Below, piece by piece: positions 42,911 through 55,580 of a stretch of 64,000 nucleotides of DNA. The translations under genes and the position numbers were made by a program. The stretch spans positions 248,001 to 312,000 of the forward strand of contig CDROCS010001373.1 in the NCBI GenBank assembly GCA_977020255.1. Direction: 5' to 3'. Under the pieces are notes generated by a model. It did no database searches and was not told the DNA's origin. It saw nothing but the letters and a program-made list of their open reading frames with translations. Source of the DNA: Obrimoposthia wandeli (lineage: Eukaryota). How positions within the stretch are numbered: position 1 is the stretch's first letter; the number at the start of each line of letters is the position of its first letter.

Positions 42911-45679
42911 TAATGGAAATCTGGATGCACCTTTGAGCAAGAAATCATGCATCTAGCATTTGTATTTGCAGTTGAAAATTCTGATATTTCAACTAAAAAC
43001 TTGACTTTGTCTTAAAGATTTATTCAATATTTTAGCATTTCATTTTTCTATTGAGTAAATTCAATTAAAAATTTTACTTTATATACATTTCTCTAATAAT
43101 TTCACTATGATTGTGGTCTAAGTTATTCATTTATTGTCGGGTCAATACTGTGACTAACCATATGGAATTTGTTTGAGCTATAATTAAATCAAACAGTTTT
43201 GTATTATCCCCTTTCCCCGAATAAAATATCACGTAGTTCTCAAATAAAGTTGGTTATATTCGAAATTTGGATATTAGTATTACACATATTACAGAAATTC
43301 AATCTGGAATGGTTAGCTTAACTCGTTATTTAGAGTTGTTGAAATAATTATTATGATTTAGATAATTAAAAATCGAAAGTATCGAATGTAGATAATTATA
43401 GAGAAACAGTAGAAGGTAATCTAAATACGTAAACACATTATATATATAACATGGGTCTAAAAGTCAGTAATCTGACATTGTTTCCTTTCAGTCTTCTTTG
43501 TTGAATCAGGAAATATCGATAATCCTTTCTGTTACCCACATCAGATAAAAGCCTCTTTTATGACTCATATGATACACAAATATTCCATATCATTATTTTT
43601 GTAATAGTTAATTTTAAATTATGTTCATTAAATAACGCTTTAGCTAATTTAAAAACACAAAAATACATTCTGGTATATACGGATATTTACTTTAATCGAA
43701 TTAAACTTATGCGTCATTTTCATATATATATATATATTAAGAAAGAGCTTTACCACATCACCAGTTCTGCTTACCAAAATTGGTCAATTAGGAATTCGTA
43801 TTAAATCGTTTGACTTCCTCACATCGTACCCATTTAAAGTTTGAGAATACATTGATAACGTTCCATACCAAGTACTTCTTATTCGCTTGACTAGATAAAA
43901 CTACTCTTTTAATGCCAGTTATCCTCAATGACACTTGGAGAAGAATCAGCTACTAGATGATTCGATTGGTCTTTCACCTACTAATGCATGTATACAGATC
44001 GATTGGCAAGTTAGAGGAGTTTCAGTCATCCAACAGAGTTTCCTCTGGCTTCAACCTATACACATAAAGGTAATCATATTTCGGGTCTATACTTGACTGC
44101 TCTAACTCTACTCAAATACAAACATTTATGAGCAGCTAGATAAATTAAAATAAAGCTCGTGCTAACCGCACCGCACAGATCACGCTGAACAAAATGCATC
44201 AGGCAAACACACGATATTGGATTTCAGCTCCGATTGTTATTTGCCGGAATGTCGCTGTTGTCCCTTTCCGACTTATTCTTCTTTTTCTTACCCCTCTTCT
44301 TCATATTCTAGCTGCTCCCAGTCGTCTGGTGTCTGAATTCTTCTAGCATTCTGCTTCCTAAAATGGCCGACAGTGTTCCCAGCGAGAGTTTATTGTCTGT
44401 TTTAATTACAGATGCACAGCGATAAAATATATGTCCTATTCAGACTGGAAATGGATTTCTTTCTGTGTCAGCTGATTTGGTTTTCTGAAACACTTTTTGT
44501 AATCCACTATAGTCATACATATGTGAGAATCAGAATCTACAAATGTAAAGTTCACTTTTCAATTAAAATTTGAAATAAATTATATTCAGTCTATTTTTCT
44601 TAAACATTCGTTTGGGACTAAATTTAGTGTACAGTTGCTAAGATTTGAACTTATATAGAGTGCTTAAAAACATATTCTACTTATTATAGTAAGTAATACA
44701 TTTTAATTAATTACATAGTGTGAAAATAACAGAACCGAATTAGATTTTTTTCTTAAAAATAAAAACATTGTATACTATACAATATTATTAAATTACATTA
44801 ATGTAGTAACCATTTTTTATTTTTATTGAAAATATTAAATAATGCTCAAGTTTTGTTTATAAAAATAATAATAAGGATTTTTGATAATTTTTGATATTTA
44901 GTTTATCATTTTCTACATGCCATGATTCCTTGTTTTTAAACATGATAATATATTTTAAAATAAAAATTCTAAATTTTAGAAAAAGCTTCCAATTTGAGCG
45001 CTCGTAATTGAAATTAAAATCGCACATATATATAGATTTTTGTAAAATATAAGTCTATATTTATATTGATGAGTAATTGGTGATTAAATAAGTTTAGCTT
45101 AATCAGCAACTAGTTTAAAATTCGAATTAACGAATCGGACCGACAAAGTTTGATGATATAAATCGAATCATACAGATCACAATTAATCACAAACAAAAAC
45201 TAAATAATTATAAATAAATATAATTATGAGATTATATATGATTTCGCTTCATAATGTGATCATAAAGATCACAATTAATCATGTACGAAACCATATACAA
45301 ATAGCTACAAGATACAGTATACAAAAACTGTAATACACTGTAGCTGTACACTACAATTTCAATTCAATTATTGATTTTGTGTATGCAAATATTGTATGCA
45401 TCATAATTCACCTGACTCATATCACCGTTCAGTTGAGTGAGGTGTATAAGTGTAATTGTGTGTGTGTCAGACTATAGATAAATGAACAGGTTCAGTTTTG
45501 TTGTTCAGGAAGAATTTAATGAGAAGCAGTTTCTGTGATTAAAGTCGTCAGTTAAAGAATACGAATAAACATGAATTAAAACGATTATTACTTATGTTTA
45601 AGCAATTGTAGCAGCAATGGGGATTTACTACGATATGATGCTGAAGAAAAGTTACTTTAAGATCATGGATTTGAACAAA

Positions 45680-46372
45680 GTTGGTCAAAGACGAAAGATT
45701 ATGTCTAGACAAGTAATAAACTTTGAAAAGATTGCACAAGCTACCGTGACATCGCTAATACATTGGTGATACATATAGTATTGGTGACATTTTTTCAGAA
45801 ACTATGAAGAGAGTTAGAAAAAATGTCAAAATTACGGTTAATGGTGGGAAAACATTAATTGGTGAACTGGACATTATTGGAGTACGGGAGTTTGGTCGCA
45901 GCTATACCTTACACTTTGCCAATACCAATAAAGGGACCAAGTATGAATTCTAATACGTGAATATTTTGGTTGATGAAAAGAAAATATCAAATATTGAAAC
46001 TTTCATTCTTGCTTTTGAATTATCTCACAAACAGAAACAACCTCTTATTTCCCCCCAAATATGTAGATGGTGAAGCGTTAACAGCTTTTGTTTTGAACCA
46101 GCTGAAGTTAGATGTTCATGCTTGTACAGTAGAAGCTCCAGGACGGGGGGCAAACGTAAAAATACAATGCGATATATGGATATTGCTACTGATGGTATAG
46201 GATTTTGGTGATGAAACCGAGACTTACAAATTGGAAGATATTCAGAAGTTGTTATTACTACAGATGGTACCTTTGTTATGGAGGGTAAAGGCGAAGCTGA
46301 GATTCAAATTAGAATCGACAGAACAAAGGACAGGAATGCGATGAATGTTACCAAAAAGATCCTGCAAAGCTC
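45680..46372 (+). pseudogene. hsp60: Mitochondrial chaperonin Hsp60 (GroEL family) pseudogene fragment, intronless over about 0.7 kb
   Basis: Reads KIMSRQVINFEKIAQ / IGDIFSETMKRVRKNVKITVNGGKTLIGELDIIGVREFGRSYTLHFANTNKGTKYEF*YVNILVDEKKISNIETFILAFEL / VDGEALTAFVLNQLK...VEAPG / FGDETETYKLEDIQ / EVVITTDGTFVMEGKG. This is collinear with the Hsp60 apical domain (DGEAL, KAPGFG, EKKIS). There is a premature TAA at 45951-45953 and several frameshifts. Confidence 0.9.
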
Positions 46373-48691
46373 TGGATAGATATTGGTTTCTGGCTGCTCG
46401 AAAGGAGAATCGCAGATGGCAACGGAGCCTTATCGACTCTGGATGGCGCACACGGAGACCTCCAGACGTCCATCCCAGACTGGCACAGTCAGTTGAGGAG
46501 TAATGATAACAAACTATGACGCTCGCATCAATGATCCTCTTTGAGTCCTTTCTGGTTTCTTATTTTTCCTGCTATTTTAATTTGGGTCTGAGTTGGCGGG
46601 TCTCTTTACAGTGCTGGAGCCAATCTATAGAGAGACGTACGTTTCATCCATTGAAGATTGTGCACGGTATCGCATTGTCGTCGTTTCGGATGTAAGGAAA
46701 TTAGATCGAACGAGTTGTTTGGAAAGTTTTGATGTGAGTTTGAGTGAGGAGTATTTGGAGAGTGATGATGACTGTCAGTGTCAAAAAAATAGAGTGATAA
46801 AAGACTTATGAGAAGAAGCCGTAACAAAAAGAGGACTAGGAAAGTCGATATAGGTGAATGGTGGTTGGGGTTGGATTCAGAAGATGATATGAAAAGGAAA
46901 GGATTTGGAGGGTAATTAGAGAAGCACCTGAAAAAAGAGAGTTTGATGACATTGAAGAAAATGTTGCCAAAATAGAGTTAATGAATAAAGATCCTGGGAA
47001 AGCTGGAAACTTTAAGACAGAAGTTGGATATTAAATGAAAATATACTTAATTTGGATAATCTATTAGAAGAAAGAGGTTTACGTAATAAGAAAAGAAAAA
47101 CAAGTGAAAAATTGACGTCCTATTGGAAGAACAATAAATTAATTAAAGGAAATAGTAGCAGAAATAATAAGAGGAGGAGCCTCCATTTGTCAACTGACAA
47201 TTATCAGTGAAATTGTAGCCTGAGGATACTGAACATACAGAGGAAACCAATTTTGATGATCTTCGAAAAACACAAAGAGAAACCACCAGTAATAAAACTA
47301 AAAATCCCATCGATTCTATCGAGGCTCTTAGTTTGTACATGGAACAGCAAAGTAGGGACAAAACTTCATAGACTTTATTATCTTTGGGGAATGACTTTAT
47401 AGTCGTTACCGTAATATCAAAAGATAAACTACTATAACCATTTGTTTAATAAAAAGGTAGATTGTTGTTTGAAATGAATTTTTATTTATCTTTATTTCTA
47501 AACTCCGATTAACTCTTATTTTTATTCGTCATAAATATAAATTCCTTCGGAGTGGAGAGGGGGTAGAGTTAACCGAAGTCTACTGTATATAGTAAGTAAC
47601 AGTTAAAATACGGTAAGTTATGTGTTTTGAGTTTAACTTATCAATATATTTTTCAAATATGATTATTATGAACTGATACGTTTACAAGAATCATCACGAA
47701 AAAAGTCATTCATCATCCTGACACAATGGATTGAGAAATTTTATCTGCTATTTTTGATTCCCCGGCGACGAAATATCGATTAATATGTTGCTGAAGTCAT
47801 GCGATAGTCTTGCCCGTCGTTGTTTACAGCTTATTACTAAATCTGATAAAACATCCTCTGTATTCTAATTTTTGGCTAATTAAAGTTGTCTACTTATGAA
47901 AGCTTTTAAAATATTTCGAATGTTTCACATTTAAAAATACTTATTTTTCATGTATTTTTTAGCGTCTATAGGTTACCGGCAATTTGGGAAACCATACATA
48001 GTTCTAGGTCCCTAAGTGCGGCCTTTTGACTGAATCCAAATTTTACTAGACAAATCCTTTTATTTTTATTTAAATATGTTATGTTTCGAATGGCCATGGC
48101 AGAAGATTTCTTGGCTACAGATAATTATTCGCTGTGGCCAACCTTGTGAGTAGAACACGATACGTAGACTTTCAAATAAATGCCATGAAGTTGACCTGCA
48201 TTTGGCAACTTTAAGAAGTGTATGAACAGACGTTGCATATTCCATGACAGGAAAACATGCGGGATTTATTGCATAGATAAAAAAGCAATAACAGATACAG
48301 ATGCTAAAATCGCTTAAGTTGCCTAGACGATGAACTTAGCAAAAACCTCAAAACAAAAACAGATTCGCGTTCGATATTTTGATTTATTTTCGCAAATGAG
48401 TTTCTTCATTTTTATTATGCATCTTGCGTGAAACACATATTTGATAAATTGATTATTTCAAATGATTTCTGACTAATTGTTCCTCGGTCTCAAGTGTTTC
48501 AATGATATCTGTCGAAAGTTGAGATACAGAAAGATTGGGTTTTATACAATAGAAGGCATCGCAAAGAAATCTGCCAATTCTTGAATAAAATTGGGGGATT
48601 TTTGCAAATTTGTTGCCTCTTTGACTTCATTGTCTGTTGGTTTTACTGACACTTACTATTGTCAGTTCGATGACTTTTTATATAAATTCAG

Positions 48692-48907
48692 GTACACCCT
48701 CCAGTGCGTGTTGCCAATAAACTATTTTGTGGAGAAGATCTACGTCTTCCTGTGGTTTTGGTTCGTCTGCCTGGCCTCGATCACGGCCTTCAACACACTC
48801 CAGTGGCTCCTGGATCTGTCCCTCATCAATCGCCGTACCGCCTTTGTTGCCGGGTACTTGAAGGCACTTCGTCAACTCAGTAGTACAGAAGAAAGAGACT
48901 GCTCTCG
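48692..48907 (+). CDS. inx: Innexin exon (end of second extracellular loop, TM4)
   Basis: Encodes YTLQCVLPINYFVEKIYVFLWFWFVCLASITAFNTLQWL..., with the hallmark QCVLPIN..EKI..FLWFW motif. Acceptor TTCAG ends at 48691 and donor GTTAGT starts at 48908, both phase 2. Confidence 0.96.
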
Positions 48908-51180
48908 GTTAGTTCTATAATTGATTGCACATCTCCCGAGTAGTAAATATGATGTAAAATACCAGAATTTTAAAATAAATATTAGACAAAATTCAGTTAC
49001 TTACACATTATAAATTCGTATTCTCCATTCGAAAATACTTAGTTTGGTTATCGGAAAAAATTATTAGTCGTGATAGTTCAGTGCTAAAATGTGCGATTTG
49101 CAAATAGCGAGGATTGTGACCTTTTACCGAACTTAACAAAAGCAACAATTGTTGGATCATTTGGAAGTCATACATTCCATCCCTGAAATACCGTGGCTTG
49201 TATTTTCTATCTATAATCTAACTAATAAATGCGATTTGGGATAAATTGTCATACAAGGAGATACAGTCAAATATATTCAATATGAACATATTCGTTCTAA
49301 TTTTTACTAATGTCATGTTATGTTAAGATAAAATATCAAGAAAATAATAAATGCAAATCAAGATTTTTTGCGCATTGGTAAACTTTGTAACCTGCAACAA
49401 ATGTAACTCCTATTTTTGAATCAGAGTCATCGTTTTCTGTTTCTTCAGAAACTTCTTCATGCTTGTTCTCCAAACGAAATAAAAGCTCTTCATCAATTTT
49501 GGGTTAATGTCAAAACATGGAAACTCACCATCACATTGAATCTCCTATCTTTCAATGCATGCGTTTTTAAGAGAACTGGTAAAACAGTCAGATATATTCG
49601 TTGCTTTTAAATTGTCCCATGCTTTCGAAATCCAAATTATAAAATTATATAAATATCATTTTTTGCACTATTCTTCATGCGTAGTATTATTATTTTAATC
49701 CAAAATCATTGACTTACTTAGAAACTTCTTATAATGATCTTTGAATACCTTTATAATACCTTGGAGGTTGAATAAGAAACCTATTCGGTGAGAGGAAAAG
49801 TACTTCCATGTGGCTCATTTCAAAATCCTTTGAATAAACAAATTTTACTTTCATTTGTCCTCATTTTCTTGCATAAATCGTTTAACAAATCCTTACAAAT
49901 TTTTAATTTCATCCAAGATAGTGAATTCTAACTGTAAGAAATATATAACTTTTCTATGTCAAAACCTTTAAAATAACGAGGCCTTTTTATGTGTTCTTTT
50001 AAAGAATCTTTTTAAAAAATATAGGTTTCATCACAATCTTTACCTTCATATTTATCCATCTGACCTAAAAGTAACATAATCAAGAATTTTTCTAAAATTT
50101 TGAATTTTTTGTTGAAATTTCGGAAACATATTGCTGAAACCAACTTATGTACACCTGTAAATACGCACTAACTGCCACTTAAAGGTAAATTACTTCAAAT
50201 AGCACTGTAGCAAATGTTCATTACACGTTGGAACATTATGCAGGAAAAGGTTGTTAGAGTTAAATTTAAAAGAACATTAAAATAGCAAATATTTAAATTA
50301 CTATCCTTAAAAACTTTAAAGCAAATAAATAACAAATGCTTAAGCTATGAATAAAGTTTATACCAAAATACTTATTAAAATGTTATGTAGTGACCCACAT
50401 AAAGGATAAAGGATAAATAATAGTTTTAAAATATTAATTAATTTTGTGTAAAATTCACTTTTTTGCGAATAACCTTTTTAAAGAAAGACCTTAGATCAAA
50501 ATCTGAACAACACATAAATTAGTAATGAAATATCGATTTATTTCATGTATGCTCAAAAGTTTCGTATTAAGAAAAATCCACAAAAATGTGATTTAATTAA
50601 ACTTTAAAGAAGAATTCTGGACATCTAAAAGTCGTAAATAAATGAACAAACCCCACATCATTTTAAAGCAAAAATTATTTTCAATTGAAACATGTACGGC
50701 TCATCAAAATCCCACCTTTGGGTTAAAATGTTCTATAGTATAAGATAGTACACAAACCTTTACAATACTAACAGGCAAACACACCTACTAACGGGTTACC
50801 CGATGGAACCTAAGCGGGCAAATTATCTAAAGGACCAAAGCCCCATAGATTAAACTAATCAAAATCAAAAGCCCCGACAGGAAGACCCGGGCACTACATA
50901 GAAATTAGAAGAATATAAAAACCCTGTTTTTTGGGAATAGGAACACATTATAATTTTAGTGGACATCGTGCGGACCTCATCCAATGAACACTTCAGAACA
51001 TTATTTTTATTTTCAATATCATCGTCGTTATATTTTTCTTTTAATGTTAACGTGTTAAGATATTTTTCTTTATTACGAACTCTCAAATTTGCTGGCCCCC
51101 TTTTGTTGTTGTATATAATAAAATATTTTTAATATTCAAATTAAGCCCAACAGTGTCAATGAGATTATCTGACATTACAG

Positions 51181-51409
51181 ATTCGTGCAACTGGTACTCG
51201 GAATTGACGGTGTTTTCCTTCTGCGCGCGGTGGCCTCAGCCAGCAGTGACCTCATAGCACTAGACGTGACAGGGATAATGTGGCGCAACTACAAGCACGC
51301 CAAGGTCACTGGTACCGAGGAGGACATGGCAATAGTGTGGCTGGAAGCCCACACCAAATCCGGAATTGCCAACTCCGCCAGCAAACAAGCCTCCTCCAAT
51401 ATCGTCTAG
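51181..51409 (+). CDS. inx: Innexin final coding exon (cytoplasmic tail)
   Basis: Acceptor TTACAG ends at 51180. CG+A gives Arg, then FVQLVLGIDGVFLLRAVASASSDLIALDVTGIMWRNY...SSNIV*, with the innexin L..DGVFLLR......LW..Y motif. Stop TAG at 51407-51409. Confidence 0.93.
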
Positions 51410-51458
51410 ATCCTTCTGATTCTTTCCCTTCCCATATACAGCGTATTTTCGTAGCCCG

Positions 51459-51464
51459 AATAAA
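51459..51464 (+). promoter_or_regulatory. Candidate polyadenylation signal of the innexin gene
   Basis: First AATAAA after the stop codon; another is at 51617. The hexamer is common in AT-rich DNA. Confidence 0.3.
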
Positions 51465-54400
51465 TACAAGAAATATAGGAAAAACTCATATGTTCTAAAT
51501 TTCAATTCGAAAGTCCTTAATTTCACAGATAGACTTTAGGTTTAGGAAAAGATTTGTGAAACTTAATGTAGACGTTGTAACATAAATATGTTTCATTATT
51601 TCAATTGTAAACTATTAATAAACAATTTTGTATTTAAATTTTAAATTACCGATACTAGCCTAATGCAGTATTTTAATTATATTCAAAAAGATTAACAATT
51701 AAAGCATCATAATCACAAATTGAAAATATAAAGATGGTTTTAATTGTCCAATAAAACAAAATGAAATATTTGTACAAATTTGTACATCATCTTGTATTTA
51801 AAGTGTATATAATTTTCAGATCGGGATGTAACATTTTAAGTCAAATATTATTTACATTTATTAATTTTGTTATCGATAATTAAAAATTTACATATTGTTT
51901 TGTTTATATACATGAATCTTGATCAATATTTAATCAACTGAACAGTTTCATTTATAGCAGTTTCTTTCCTTTGGTGGTTGCTTTTCTAATTATAAATCTA
52001 GTCAGTTGTGCTGTAATTTCTTACCCTTAGCTGACCTATACAATTGAACGGACTGTGATTTAAGAGTGTATATAGATATAAATAATCTTGGCTGTTGAAA
52101 TTTCTTCTATTCTTAACTTAATTTGATGTCTATCTTGATTAATCCATCTTTTCAGCTGTACAGAAATAAACAAATAATAGTGTGGTTTCTGAAAGTATTT
52201 TATTTAAAATGAATGTAAATTCATTTGTAAAATAATTATCCATTTTATTTAAAATAAAATAATTTTATTTTTATTTAATGTTAATTATCATTTTTATTTA
52301 TAATTTTATCAAAATTAAAATTCATTTACGAGGGATCATTTCCATTAACTCATTTCTGAATCACGTTCAAATAAATTAGACTTTAAACATTGTTATCGAT
52401 TCACCATTTGTGAAATGTACATGTTCAGTTCTTCTGTTCGCCAGTGCTCTCGTTTTGGACTTTTTTAAAATATTTCATTAACAAATAATGATTTTATAAA
52501 GTTTTCCATAAGTTATTTTTACATTTCCTCACATTCTTTATCTGGAATTTAAATAAATATTTAATAAATATTAAGGGTAAGTCATTTTTTCTTCTCGAAT
52601 CCGTATTAAATCTTGCTGACCGTTCCAGAAAACTACACTCTAATTATAATGACATTTAATTGATTTTATGAGACTAGATGATTTTATAATTGTTGTTAAT
52701 AATTTTGATAGATTTACGGTTACTAAAATGTCAGTAGGTTGTGCGTACAGTTATGGAAATCACTCGTTTAGTATGTTGTTGGCTAAATAAATTGATTTTT
52801 TAGGTTTAGAATTTGTTTAGTTCCGTAGTCGCAGTGTACGTTGCAATTTAGTGAAAACCATTCGCACTATTTAGGAAATTTGTTGTTGACTTTGTTACCA
52901 GCAATACGCACACTCCTAGTCTGACCCCAGTAGATTAACTGAATTGTTGTTTGTGCATGTTGTTTTATCGTTTGATTAATATTTTTCTTTAAATCAAGTG
53001 GGTTACGTGGGCTAAGACCGTACGGCCATTGTCAATTTTTGCAGGCTTTAACTCTAAAGGAACATTTGATTAAACGGTCAAATTTGACTTAATATATTAA
53101 ACAAAATGGGTTCAAAATTGATTCAATTTAATAAGGGAATGTTTGTAAAGTATTTTCTTTAATCAAACCAATTCTAAGAAAAATAATTTAAAAATTTTCG
53201 TCTCTTTCAATCTGTTATCACTAATATTGATCTATCAGTCGAAAATCATAATCAAACTAGAAAATCTTTCTTAATTTAAATCATTATACTCATTTTCTCT
53301 ACTGTCACTTTCTCGTTGGATTATGACCATAAAAATTATTGCTTCTTCGTAAGACAATCAACAAGCATCAGATGAATAGGGGCAATAAATCTCTATTCTA
53401 CTGGTATTTTGGTCTCCGTTTCGATAGGTTTTAGATTATCTTTTAACTATAAAGTTGTAGTGTGAGTTAGAATTTAACTTTTCTCTATAAATAATTTATG
53501 GTGAAAGTTTATTGAAATAAGAATAACACTTTAATACGACGTTAAAGGTCATTTTTATTTTTTAATTATTACTAAAATTAGTAACGAATTTTTTTTGAAT
53601 AATAAATAATTTTTCTGTTTTTCGTTTTGGAACAATGATTTTTAAAATGAATAAATATTAAATACATTTTTCCAAGTTTATATTTCGGGGATTTCTTCAG
53701 ATTTCAAACATGTAAAAATAGAAAACAATATATATAATTATTTCAACCCAATGTACAAACCCACTTGAGCCTTAGAATGGCAAATTACAGTACCCTGGTA
53801 TTGGGAAATAGTTGGGCATTAAAACTGTGACCCTAAATAATAAAAATACGGTCGAAACCTAATAAAAACCTGTCTTATTACAGTTTTCACACTAAACCCT
53901 ATGATCAACGCTGTCAAATACCACTAATGTAAGTATTATCAAATAATATTAATATAAAACAAAAGCCAATTCCAATAAATTCTTGTCAATCCAATTGTAA
54001 GTAATTTCAAATTAATATTGTCCAAATTGTTGCATTTGTATAAATTAGATATACTAATAATAAGTAGTGTCCGGATCAGGAGACACTTACTTTATATATT
54101 GTCGATCACATCGACCAAAATCAATAATAAAATGTGCAGCAGAGGGAGAGAGGCTGCGGTGTGTGTATGTGCCACCGGTTAGAACAGTCATAGCACACAC
54201 ATACACATGGTTAAAGCCAATAGTGACACTAAGGACAGAAATAGATCCAAGGGCACAGAAAACAGCAGTGAAAATCAGTCAGATGCACTGTTGTAGCGAT
54301 AAGTCAGAGAAAGTCTGTTAGAGCAGGGGTAATCAGTGTTAAGATCTGTCGCTGTCCAATTAATTCTGGCCGATGGAATGAGGGAGGAGGAGGATGGAGA

Positions 54401-55299
54401 ACAGGATGATGGAGGAGAGACGGCCGAAGCCGTTTAAAAACAAACCCGAATTATATAAAGACTTGCTGTAATTAAAAAATTATTCAATACTAATATCATA
54501 TGAATTATTCAAATTAAATAAAAAGTTACAAAGTTAAAAAACCGAATTAAAGCAAAAATCGCACTAATCAAAATCGTACTATTTATGATTACGTATGCTG
54601 ATCAAGGGATCAACAAATCGTTGCATAGAACTATATTCAATAATTATCCTTACTCAAAACTATCAGATTCATATTCATAATCAACAATTCTACTTTCATT
54701 CTATATTTTAAATTCGTTTGTATCACTCAAAATTTAACAAACTTTTTAAATTAACGGAAATTTTATTTTAAAAATCTTTTAACAATTTTAAAATATATTA
54801 ATATTATAATTTTATTCACAAAGTTTTTAAAATTCGTTACATTTTTTTATTTAAAAATTTCTACAATATTAAAGTAAATCTTTTTTTTTCTATAATATTA
54901 ATTTATTTCATCATATGATATTATTTATTTATTCAATTGGATCTTTAATTTGTAAAATATTTCGTTTCTTTTTATTGTTTGTTTTTCAAATTTTTAATTA
55001 AATAAATATATAATAAAGTTGGAATTTTTTAAGTGAAATCTATTGAAAAAGAAATTTTCAAAAATTATAAAAGTGTTATGTTAAAATATTATGGGGAGTC
55101 TAAAATGACTTTAAAACTTTATTAAAACAATTTTTCAGTACACAAATAACAGTTAAATAATTTGTAACCTAAAATTTTACATAAGTATAAGGAATTAATA
55201 CTTAAATGCAGAAATTAAATCTTATTTCTGATAATTTTCACTTAAATTTGCCAAATTATCCCCGAAATTTGTGATAAATTGTTGTTTAATGAATACGAA

Positions 55300-55580
55300 A
55301 GTCCAATCAGTGCCAGATTTGCCCGAGAACATATTGTCTCGCTTCTTTCTCTAATGCTATTTTCGATCACCACCATTCTCAATCGGGAATTTCATCGATC
55401 AATACATCGTAAGCGCGTGATTTGAAGTTGGTGTATTTACGATTTACATCAGCCACCAAAGGAAAGATGCGGACATCAAAGAGAGAGATGGTGATGAATT
55501 CTCTTAATTCCGCAAACTTCTATCGGGATTATTGGGCCATTTGTCAGCGTTGGAAATGTCTGTTTGGCAGCTTGGATTTG
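55300..55580 (+). pseudogene. Mariner-like transposase C-terminal remnant
   Basis: Fragments SVPDLPEN (compare YSPDLAP) and NFYRDYWAICQRWKCLFG (compare FY..GI..L..RW.KC...G). Confidence 0.3.

Larger units (their letters stand above)
9489..48691 (+). other. 39,203-bp GT-AG intron of the innexin gene
   Basis: Joining GT (9487-9488) to G (48692) gives GTG (Val) and the contiguous peptide FPRVTYC...KPSVYTLQCVLPIN, the expected innexin spacing, so no intervening exon is needed. Confidence 0.85.

Noticed and set aside
47215-47260. Possible hammerhead ribozyme cores (CTGAGGA...GAAAC here; CTGAAGA...GAAA at about 3587 and 49440)
   Set aside because: Stem II and stem III cannot be formed properly and no NUH cleavage triplet is positioned correctly.
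46560-47350. Possible RNase H-type LINE C-terminus on the minus strand (IQPQPPF; CDTVHNL)
   Set aside because: The fragments are in different frames and the match is marginal.
48591-48691. N-terminal part of ORF 48591-48920, and likewise the starts of ORFs 9199 and 51185
   Set aside because: These are intronic read-through or non-ATG starts. Innexin similarity begins at the AG acceptors.
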